DNA of 27,363 nt from a virus. Taxonomy: Duplodnaviria; Caudoviricetes. Below are positions 8,015 through 15,147 of this stretch, piece after piece. The stretch spans positions 1-27,363 of the IMG/VR virus record IMGVR_UViG_3300028588_000077, one strand, 5' to 3'. The notes beneath the pieces are model-generated. The model was not told the origin of the DNA, ran no database searches, and saw nothing but the letters and a program-made list of their open reading frames with translations. A program made the position numbers and the translations under genes. Numbering within the stretch: position 1 is the stretch's first letter; each line of letters begins with the position of its first letter.

Positions 8015-10096
8015 TTACGCGCCCGTGCCCTTCTGCAGGCCGCGGAAGTCGATGGCCGCAGCAGCGAAGTCCAAGCGGCACTTCCAGGTGACGCCATCGA
8101 TCTCGAAGCCAGCCTGGCTTTCGATGACCGGGCCTTCGGCGCCGTCCAGATAGCAGTACTCGACGGTGTCGACCTGGCTGTTGTTGCTTGCCAAATACCA
8201 GGACGCTTCGCTCGCGGCATCCAGGATCGGTTCCACGATCGGCTCCACTGCGGTGCGGCCGCCGGCACGGAATTCGTTAACATCGGCCTGCTTGGCCGGA
8301 ACGTAGTTCGCGCTGGTCAGCTGGTAAGCGTCTTGCTCGAGCGTGGCTGGAACGATCAGGAAGTTCGGCGCCAGGTTCAGATCCTCGTTCGCCAGGCCCT
8401 TCTGCTTGCGCATCGCGGTGCGGGCTGCCTTCAGGGCCGACAGCTGCAGCGCCGAGCCAGCGCCGGTCGCCAGGTTGCTGTGGTCTGCGTGGAACAGCGT
8501 CTTGCCGTCGCCCATGGTCGGGTTGCCGGTCAGCTGGCTGTAGACCAAGCGGTTTTCCAGGCGGCTGGAGCTTGCGCCGAATGCGCTTACGAGGCGCTCG
8601 AAGGCGCGCAGATCGTCGTTGATGATCGCTTGGCGCGTCAGCGAGATCATGCGGCCGTAGGTCACCAGCGCGTAGTTCATCGCGGCATCCTTCATCGTGC
8701 CGTATTGGAACTCGCCGTGTTCGTTGGTGCGCAGCAACTCAGGGGCACCCGACAGCTGGACGATGTTGATGTTCTTGAAGTCCGGTGCATTCGGCGCGCG
8801 GCGGGCCCACTGGGTATAGGTGCCCTGGTTTTCTTCGTAGGCGCCACGCATGCGCTTGTTCGCGACATTGGCGAAGATCGCGGCGAAGTCGCTGGTGCCG
8901 TGCATGCCCGAGCGGTAATGCAGAATATCCGTTGCCAGGCGCATCTTGTCCATGCCGCGGGTATTAACGCCACGCGCTTCCAGGAAGTCGCGGCCGATCT
9001 CGAGCAGGCTCATGCCACGGTATTGGCGGCCGTTGTCGGTCAAGGTGGTGCCGACGTGGATGCGGTGCATCATCGCTTCTTCGATGCCTGCCATGCGCAC
9101 CTGGTGCTCGTCGGTCACGGTGCGGATGCGGGTGTTCTGGTGGCCGCCAGCGGCGGCATCGCTGCGCGCCAGTTCTTCCAGCACAGCGGCGCGGGCCTGG
9201 TCGACCGAATTGCCGCTGCGGATCAGGCCGGCGGCCAGGTGGCCGACAGCGTGGCGCGTGCACATCTCCGTGATGTCGGCTGCGCGGGCTGCCGCATCGG
9301 TCGCTGCACGGGTAGCTGCATCGTCGCCGGCTGGCGGGTTCGCTGGTGCGGCGGCCGGTGCAGCTGCTGGAGCAGCCGGTACGGCGGAACGGCTTGCATC
9401 GGTAGGCGCTGGGTTCGGTGCGCCCGACTGGGGAGTGGTCATAGGGTTTTCCTGTGAAGTTGGAACAGACGAAAGGGCGGGCGCCCGGGTGGTGAACTCG
9501 CAGTGCGTGCCACTGGCGGGCTGGCTGCGGGTGCTTGCATCGGCGTCCGCAGGGACAGTGACGAAGCTGATTTCGTAAGGCTGCCAGCTGACCGCGCGAT
9601 ACAGCGGCATGTTCACGCCGTCGGTGCGATCGATGGCGCGGGTGATCTCGTACTTGGTAACGTTGTAGCCGAAGCTGATCGAGCGGATGATCCCGGCCTT
9701 GATGTCGGCAACGATGCCAGCCATCTCGGAGCGCGTGGACAGACGCAGCGTAGCGCGCCCTTCCCCGTTCTCGATGCTGGCACGGACCGCGATACCAATG
9801 ATCGAAGCGACGCCGCCGTAGACGCGGTGGCCGTCCAGCACCTGGACCGTGCCGGCGTCGAAGCGCGACATGTCGACGGCTTCGGGGGTCACCGCCAGCT
9901 CTTCCTCGTAGGGGGCATCCGAATACCAGTCATAGCGCCGCACACGCGAGCCGGTCGTCCAGACAACTTCGACAGTGTTGTCGGCTTCGTTAAACGTGGA
10001 AGGAACCAGCGTTGCTTCGCGCGTTACCGAAGGCATCGTGCGCGGATCGGTGGCGGATCGGTTCGCGTTCTGAGGGTGAGTGGTCGGCGTCGTCAT
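8015..10096 (-). CDS. Prohead protease / major capsid fusion protein
   Basis: N-terminal protease (VLDGH, SISFGY, WQPYEISFVTVPAD), Ala/Pro linker, C-terminal capsid domain (HGTSDF..., TYGRMISLTRQAIINDDL, DFRGLQK). Confidence 0.92.
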   Translation of the reverse strand: MTTPTTHPQNANRSATDPRTMPSVTREATLVPSTFNEADNTVEVVWTTGSRVRRYDWYSDAPYEEELAVTPEAVDMSRFDAGTVQVLDGHRVYGGVASIIGIAVRASIENGEGRATLRLSTRSEMAGIVADIKAGIIRSISFGYNVTKYEITRAIDRTDGVNMPLYRAVSWQPYEISFVTVPADADASTRSQPASGTHCEFTTRAPALSSVPTSQENPMTTPQSGAPNPAPTDASRSAVPAAPAAAPAAAPANPPAGDDAATRAATDAAARAADITEMCTRHAVGHLAAGLIRSGNSVDQARAAVLEELARSDAAAGGHQNTRIRTVTDEHQVRMAGIEEAMMHRIHVGTTLTDNGRQYRGMSLLEIGRDFLEARGVNTRGMDKMRLATDILHYRSGMHGTSDFAAIFANVANKRMRGAYEENQGTYTQWARRAPNAPDFKNINIVQLSGAPELLRTNEHGEFQYGTMKDAAMNYALVTYGRMISLTRQAIINDDLRAFERLVSAFGASSSRLENRLVYSQLTGNPTMGDGKTLFHADHSNLATGAGSALQLSALKAARTAMRKQKGLANEDLNLAPNFLIVPATLEQDAYQLTSANYVPAKQADVNEFRAGGRTAVEPIVEPILDAASEASWYLASNNSQVDTVEYCYLDGAEGPVIESQAGFEIDGVTWKCRLDFAAAAIDFRGLQKGTGA

Positions 10097-10146
10097 ACCC
10101 GCAATTGTGCGGATTGCCCTGTCTCAATTCTAGGAAAACTGAGACA
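10097..10146 (-). promoter_or_regulatory. Putative activator-dependent late promoter: dyad box TGTCTCA-N13-TGAGACA plus -10-like CACAAT
   Basis: Dyad at 10120-10146; CACAAT at 10104-10109, 7 nt before the ATG; near-identical box at 14824-14850. Confidence 0.75.
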
Positions 10147-10159
10147 ACTTTTCCCGCAG

Positions 10160-10477
10160 TCAACCAGGCCGCTTTTTGAAATGAATCGTGCGTGAATCTT
10201 TGCTCTTGCCGTCGGCGCAAACAAACTCAAACGTCAGCAGATTTTCTGCTCCTGCTTCAGTGGCCAAACCCATCACCCAGGCGCATACACTGGTGCCGTC
10301 AATGAATGGTTCGCCGTCGAGCATTACACCGCTGACTGCCGACGGGCGCACTGACTGCAAGGTCGTACCCGACAAAGCAAGCCATTTCGACAAGTCGATT
10401 CCATACAGAAGGCAGGCTTCGGGCGTCTTATAAATCGTGAGTTTCCCGTCGATGACGAAATAGGTTTCGGTGCGCAT
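10160..10477 (-). CDS. Putative fibre adaptor protein
   Basis: KTPEACLLYGIDLSKWL...VCAWV...FVCADGKSKDSRTIHF resembles recalled small phage fibre-adaptor proteins; last gene of the inserted module. Confidence 0.55.
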   Translation of the reverse strand: MRTETYFVIDGKLTIYKTPEACLLYGIDLSKWLALSGTTLQSVRPSAVSGVMLDGEPFIDGTSVCAWVMGLATEAGAENLLTFEFVCADGKSKDSRTIHFKKRPG

Positions 10478-10488
10478 GGTTCGTTCTT

Positions 10489-11916
10489 TCAATGAATTGT
10501 CAAGATGCGCTGCTCGCCTGCTGCTGGCCAGAAGCGTTGCTCGCCAGCGGCAACGTGCACGCGCTGTTCGCCAGGGTCGGAATAGATAAGGGCAAGGCCT
10601 TGGCGCGCCAGCGCCCCGACCATGCCCGTGTTTGCCTGAGTCCCATCAGCGCCGCTCAGCTGCACCCGCTGGCCAATAGCCGCTGTACTGCCCGCGTTGT
10701 TCTGCTCACCATCGGCGCTGGCCAGATCACCTAAACCGGTAAGAACAATCATTCCGCTGTTACCGCTGTTGCCCTGGTAGGCATGCGACCCGATCAGGCC
10801 CAGGGCCTGATCGAGCTGGACCGCCGTTGCGGTATTCGGCTGTGCGCCGTCGGCACCCACCAGCTGCTGCACTTGGCTGATTGACGCATTGGCGCCGTCG
10901 TTAATCTGGATCCCGCTCTGGCCGGCGAGCTCCCCCGTGAGGATCGTTTCAACGGTGCCGCTGTCACCGGCATTGCTCTGGATGCTATCGCTGCCAGCCA
11001 GGCCCTGTTCCTGGGTGATGCCTACAGCGGTACCGCTGTTGGACTGGCCGCCGACGGCACCTGACAGGTTCTGCACGATAGCGATCGGGCTGGCTGTACC
11101 GGTGTTCATCTGCGCACCGTCGCTTTCGCCCATCACCTGAACTTGACCAACCGCACCGACCGGGCCAGTGTTCCCCTGTAACGCATCGGCGCCAATCAGG
11201 CCAGCCGGCGCCGGCTCGCTCGACGTACGCATCAGTTCGTCGTCGTCATCCTCGAAAAGCTGCCAGGGGTTCAGAGAGAGCGAACGTGCATCGAGCTGAC
11301 CCTTGATGTGAGCGAACAGCGAAACTTGTCCACTGAAATAGCTTGCACCGTCACCCCGCCGCGCGATCTGGATATCCGCCGAGAGTACGTTGTTGGCGAT
11401 GCCCCCAGTACCGCCATCGGCTTGCTGCACCCCATCCAGATACATCGTATAGACGCCGGCCTTTCGCTCGAAAGCAGCGACGTAAGGGACCCCGGCGTCG
11501 AGGTTAGCTGACGAAGTCACCTTTGCGTATTCACTCGACCCCGTACCCACAGCCATCTGCAAACGATTGGTCAGGAACAGCACTTGCAGGTTCAGCGCGT
11601 TTTTCGTGTCGCTGTAGTGGATGATGCGCGCGGTCCCTGTGACGTCGGCTACGAAGGCTACAACGACGACGAAGTCGGCGGTCAGGTCGATAGCACCAGC
11701 GCGTGGCGTGAACCTCGCGTATTGGTTTGTGGCGAACTTGCGTGCGTAGCCATGCTTAGGGGCAATGACCTGCAGCGGATTGTTGAAAAGGCTGACCGCT
11801 GCACCGCTGCCGAACATCTCGGTGCGGCTATTCGCGAAGATGGCGCCGACGCCGCGGCCGGCCAGGTCGCGGCGAATCGGCCGGCGCCCGGCAGGTTGCC
11901 TGCGTGCGCCCGGCAT
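10489..11916 (-). CDS. LamG/ConA-like jelly-roll domain protein with 22-aa repeat stalk (putative fibre/adhesin)
   Basis: N-half has YVAAFERKAGVYTMYLDG, IQIARR, YFSGQV and NPWQLF motifs; C-half has 9 repeats L-x-G-x-D-x-x-Q-x-N-x-G. Confidence 0.75.
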   Translation of the reverse strand: MPGARRQPAGRRPIRRDLAGRGVGAIFANSRTEMFGSGAAVSLFNNPLQVIAPKHGYARKFATNQYARFTPRAGAIDLTADFVVVVAFVADVTGTARIIHYSDTKNALNLQVLFLTNRLQMAVGTGSSEYAKVTSSANLDAGVPYVAAFERKAGVYTMYLDGVQQADGGTGGIANNVLSADIQIARRGDGASYFSGQVSLFAHIKGQLDARSLSLNPWQLFEDDDDELMRTSSEPAPAGLIGADALQGNTGPVGAVGQVQVMGESDGAQMNTGTASPIAIVQNLSGAVGGQSNSGTAVGITQEQGLAGSDSIQSNAGDSGTVETILTGELAGQSGIQINDGANASISQVQQLVGADGAQPNTATAVQLDQALGLIGSHAYQGNSGNSGMIVLTGLGDLASADGEQNNAGSTAAIGQRVQLSGADGTQANTGMVGALARQGLALIYSDPGEQRVHVAAGEQRFWPAAGEQRILTIH

Positions 11917-12297
11917 TTATAGGGCCGTCACGTTCGTGACCCAGGCTTCGACCGTGCAGCCGCTGGTTGTGTTGCCGTAGGCTATCGCCTTCAAGTGCTT
12001 GACGCCGATCCGCAATGGAATAGACGGCCCTTGTGTCACAGTGCCGCTCAACAGGTCGGAGCTATAGGCAATCTCGTAGTCGAACCAGTTCACACCATCT
12101 GGAGAATCTTGGAACTGAATGATGCACGGCGCCGCAAGCGCGCCGCCATTGTTAATGCGCCAGTTCAGCATGCCGCCATAGCCGGTGCTTACGTCAGTTA
12201 CGACGGCGCCGCCGATTGCGCCGGCCTTATTCGTGCCGGCGGGAACAGCTGTACCAGCGGGGATGAGAGCTACTGGGATTGCCTTAATCGATGGCAT
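11917..12297 (-). CDS. Hypothetical beta-rich virion protein (126 aa)
   Basis: IQFQDSPDGVNWFD motif; TAATG coupling with the upstream gene. Confidence 0.7.
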   Translation of the reverse strand: MPSIKAIPVALIPAGTAVPAGTNKAGAIGGAVVTDVSTGYGGMLNWRINNGGALAAPCIIQFQDSPDGVNWFDYEIAYSSDLLSGTVTQGPSIPLRIGVKHLKAIAYGNTTSGCTVEAWVTNVTAL

Positions 12298-12722
12298 TAT
12301 GCTCTTTCTGTTCCGTCGTCATTGAACATGGCAGCGTTCACCTGGTCGCGCGTGACGATGACCGGCTGCAGCGCTAAGGCCTTGAGCGCATCACCCTGCT
12401 CTTGCGTCAGCACGGCATCGGCTACCAGCTGACTTACCATTCGCTGTGTAAAGGAGTCGCCAATATCCAGGCCCGCTTCTTGCCCCAGGAACCTCAGGGC
12501 CCAGGCAACAGCGCGGTTGCTTGATGCAGCTTCGAGTGCGTCAAGGATCTCAAGGCCACCGGTGCAGACGGCCATGACGGCACGGGCCGTCACGAAGCGC
12601 CGCTGCGGCGCTACCGCGCCCTCGGCGTTCAGGGCGGCGGCCAGCTGGTCGATATCGCGCGCAGCGCGCAGCGCGGCCAAGTCCGGCCTCGCCAGAATTC
12701 GAGAGCGGATATCCGTCATCAC
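12297..12722 (-). CDS. Hypothetical helical protein, possible fibre assembly chaperone (141 aa)
   Basis: GLDIGD...LVADAVLTQEQGDALKALA pattern; ATGA coupling with the upstream gene. Confidence 0.65.
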   Translation of the reverse strand: MMTDIRSRILARPDLAALRAARDIDQLAAALNAEGAVAPQRRFVTARAVMAVCTGGLEILDALEAASSNRAVAWALRFLGQEAGLDIGDSFTQRMVSQLVADAVLTQEQGDALKALALQPVIVTRDQVNAAMFNDDGTERA

Positions 12723-13108
12723 TGCGGCTGGCTGCTCGTGTAGCTGAGCGCCGGGAAGTTGATACCGTTGCCCGCGGTGACAGGCATGTCGGTGCTCTCA
12801 TCCGTCACGTACAGCACGCGCTGGGTGGCGGTGTCCACCCAGGCGAAGCCGAGGTCGGCGCCAACCACAGTGGCGGTGGCCGAGCTGGTCTTGGCCGCGC
12901 TGGTCACACGACGGGCGCCGTCGCCTATCGTGGACAATGCGAAGTCAGCCGGTGTCATGGCGGCCTCCGCCAGCTTGTTTCCCATGACGGTTGCGTAGCT
13001 GTCGCCCTTTGCATACGCCGAGATCAGGACGATGCGGTTCGTATTGTTTTTCAGGGAGAGCAGGCCGCCCTCCAAAGTATCGGGGTGGGCCCATTTCTGG
13101 ATGGTCAT
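12719..13108 (-). CDS. Putative phage fibre/spike structural protein (129 aa)
   Basis: Thr/Ala-rich, ends VTAGNGINFPALSYTSSQPQ; AAGGA SD; starts 3 nt after the portal stop. Confidence 0.65.
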   Translation of the reverse strand: MTIQKWAHPDTLEGGLLSLKNNTNRIVLISAYAKGDSYATVMGNKLAEAAMTPADFALSTIGDGARRVTSAAKTSSATATVVGADLGFAWVDTATQRVLYVTDESTDMPVTAGNGINFPALSYTSSQPQ

Positions 13109-13111
13109 GCG

Positions 13112-14590
13112 TTATTCCTTCGTAGTGTCGGTTTGGGATTCTGCGGTTGGGGTGGGCATGTTCCCGCGCTGCAGGAACAGCATCGTGTCGAGGATGCCCA
13201 GCGCTTTCAGCTTGTCGTGGTCGGCCTTCCATTCCGCGAACACGACGTCCGGTTCATAGCCACGCTGGCGGAGCTTCTCGCTTAGGGTCGACAGGCCAGC
13301 GGCGATCTCGGCCTGGTCGGCCTTCACGTCCTGCTCGGGGTTGACGTAGTCCCACTTGGGCGGGCTGAAGTCGACGGCGATATCGCGTCCGCGGATCTTG
13401 CCGGCGAGGTAAGCGGCCTCGACAAATGCTTCGTGAATTTTCTCCAGCAGCTTGGGCTTCAGCACCAACCACTGCATCTGCTGAACCGCGCGGCGGAAGT
13501 CCAGACCGCGCACGCGCGCGCTACTAAAGTTCACGCCGCTCATGTCGCCGGTCACCATTTCGTATGGAACGCCCAAGCCGGTGGCGATAATGTGCATCTG
13601 ATACTTCACGTACTCGACGTAGCCTGGTGCCGCCTTCGGCTCGACGACGGTGAAGTTCATCCCTGAAGGCATGCCGAAGATGGCGCCACCGCCGAGCTCG
13701 CCGAGGTCACGCACACCGCTTCCCTGCTCCGGCGCAGCGCCGCCCATCGCAGCGGGATTTTCCATGCCCGTCATATCGCCGCTGGCCAGGACGCTCAGGC
13801 GGGTCTCCAGGTTCTTGCGAGCCAGCTCGGCATCCTCATACACCTGAAGGTCGCGCACCCGCGAGATTACCGGCGCGAAGCGGCTGAAGCCGCGGCCCTG
13901 CCCAGGCCGCTCGGGGTTGAACAAGTGAATGATGAACTGCGCTGCGACGCGCGTGCTCTGCGTCTTGCGGCCACGCAGCGTGCCCACGTCCCCAGGATGC
14001 TGGTCCCACAGGTAGTAGGCCGCCACGGCGCCGAGGGCGTCGTATTCGATCCCGTTGATAATCTGGTTACCGCCGATGGCCCCGGTGCGCGAGTCGTCCA
14101 GCCAGTCGATTTCCAGCAGCTGCAGTTGCAGCGGCACCGGCAGGTTGTCGCCAGCGCGCCGTGGGCGCAGGCGCACCAGCACTTCGCCGTCCTGCTCCAT
14201 CGCAGCGTATGCCGCCTTCACCATGCCGAAATAGTCGTAGCGGCCGTCGGCGTCACAGACCTTGCTCCAGAGAGCAAACAGCTTGTTGATGACTTCCTTC
14301 TCCTGACCGGTCGCACGCGGCACGATACCGGTGCCGATGGTGGCGGAGCAAAGGCCTTCGACCGCAGCACGGCAGTATGGAACATTCTGCACAAGGGCGC
14401 GAGCTTTGGTGCGCACGGTCTTCGCGTCCGCCTGGTGGTCGGCGTTCGCACTGGCGCCGGCACGACGCGGGCGCCAGGGATCGCGCGGGCTAGCCGCCTC
14501 GTAGGCGCGCAGCTGCTTGCGGGCGAGGTGCCGGGCGATGCCGGCGCTGGGGTTGACCCAGCCGATCACGCGGTCAATCAGGTTCGACAT
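13112..14590 (-). CDS. Portal protein, lambda family
   Basis: DGEVLVR, LQLQLLEIDWLD, RPGQGRG, TGDMSGVNFSSAR and PPKWDYVNP motifs. Confidence 0.95.
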   Translation of the reverse strand: MSNLIDRVIGWVNPSAGIARHLARKQLRAYEAASPRDPWRPRRAGASANADHQADAKTVRTKARALVQNVPYCRAAVEGLCSATIGTGIVPRATGQEKEVINKLFALWSKVCDADGRYDYFGMVKAAYAAMEQDGEVLVRLRPRRAGDNLPVPLQLQLLEIDWLDDSRTGAIGGNQIINGIEYDALGAVAAYYLWDQHPGDVGTLRGRKTQSTRVAAQFIIHLFNPERPGQGRGFSRFAPVISRVRDLQVYEDAELARKNLETRLSVLASGDMTGMENPAAMGGAAPEQGSGVRDLGELGGGAIFGMPSGMNFTVVEPKAAPGYVEYVKYQMHIIATGLGVPYEMVTGDMSGVNFSSARVRGLDFRRAVQQMQWLVLKPKLLEKIHEAFVEAAYLAGKIRGRDIAVDFSPPKWDYVNPEQDVKADQAEIAAGLSTLSEKLRQRGYEPDVVFAEWKADHDKLKALGILDTMLFLQRGNMPTPTAESQTDTTKE

Positions 14591-14802
14591 CAGTCGCCCC
14601 TTGACGTGGTGAAGCCGAAGCGGAAGACGGTCGGCCCGCGATTGCGGCCGGCAGCATTCACCACCGTGGCGACATGTCTGCGTGCTTCGATCAGCGCGGC
14701 TGTGGACTGGTAGGTAATCTTGCGCCCGCCGAATTCCACCGCCAGCGTGCCGGAAGCGATTGCGGAGTCGAGCGCGTCGAGGTCAGATTGAGTAAGGGCC
14801 AT
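14590..14802 (-). CDS. Head-to-tail joining protein gpW-like
   Basis: TQSDLDALDSAIASGTLAVEFGGRKITYQS; lies directly before portal. Confidence 0.9.
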   Translation of the reverse strand: MALTQSDLDALDSAIASGTLAVEFGGRKITYQSTAALIEARRHVATVVNAAGRNRGPTVFRFGFTTSRGD

Positions 14803-14852
14803 GCCGCCAAGGGTAGCGACTGGCCTGTCTCACTTCTAGGAAAACTGAGATT
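14803..14852 (-). promoter_or_regulatory. Putative activator-dependent late promoter, second copy of the dyad box plus -10-like TACCCT
   Basis: CCTGTCTCACTTCTAGGAAAACTGAGA at 14824-14850 has 1 mismatch to 10118-10144; TACCCT at 14810-14815, 7 nt before the ATG. Confidence 0.75.
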
Positions 14853-15147
14853 ATTTCTTTGCGCCATCTTGTTTGATGATGCGGTAGACCGTAGCCCGCC
14901 CGATGCCCAGGCGCCGCGCTACCTCGGCCGCATTGCGCCCATTGAATGCGCTCAATACTTCTTTGGCCAGCTGCTTGCGCGATGCTTCGGAGCGGCGTGG
15001 GATATAGATCTCGCTCCCACTAAATTCGCGGCGCACTTCTCTTTTCAGATCGGCTGCGCGCTGGGCGAAGTCCGGGAACTCGGCCTGGATAAATGCGAAG
15101 ATGGCGTCGACCAGATCGGGGTTATCCAGTACCTCATCCGCTACCAT
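14851..15147 (-). CDS. Mor/C-family transcription activator
   Basis: FSGSEIYIPR...FNGRNAAEVARRLGIGRATVYRII (Mor signature plus HTH); start MVADEV has a GGAAGG SD. Confidence 0.88.
   Translation of the reverse strand: MVADEVLDNPDLVDAIFAFIQAEFPDFAQRAADLKREVRREFSGSEIYIPRRSEASRKQLAKEVLSAFNGRNAAEVARRLGIGRATVYRIIKQDGAKK

Noticed and set aside
7343-9457. 704-aa plus-strand ORF
   Set aside because: Antisense shadow of the capsid and head genes, expected from GC-rich codon bias
10489-13108. Diversity-generating retroelement or invertible tropism switch at the fibre module
   Set aside because: No reverse transcriptase, invertase or template/variable repeat pair seen in this window
10118-14850. The two 27-bp boxes considered as recombination sites flanking a mobile cassette
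   Set aside because: They enclose the essential portal and gpW genes, and their fixed spacing to -10 elements and ATGs fits promoters better
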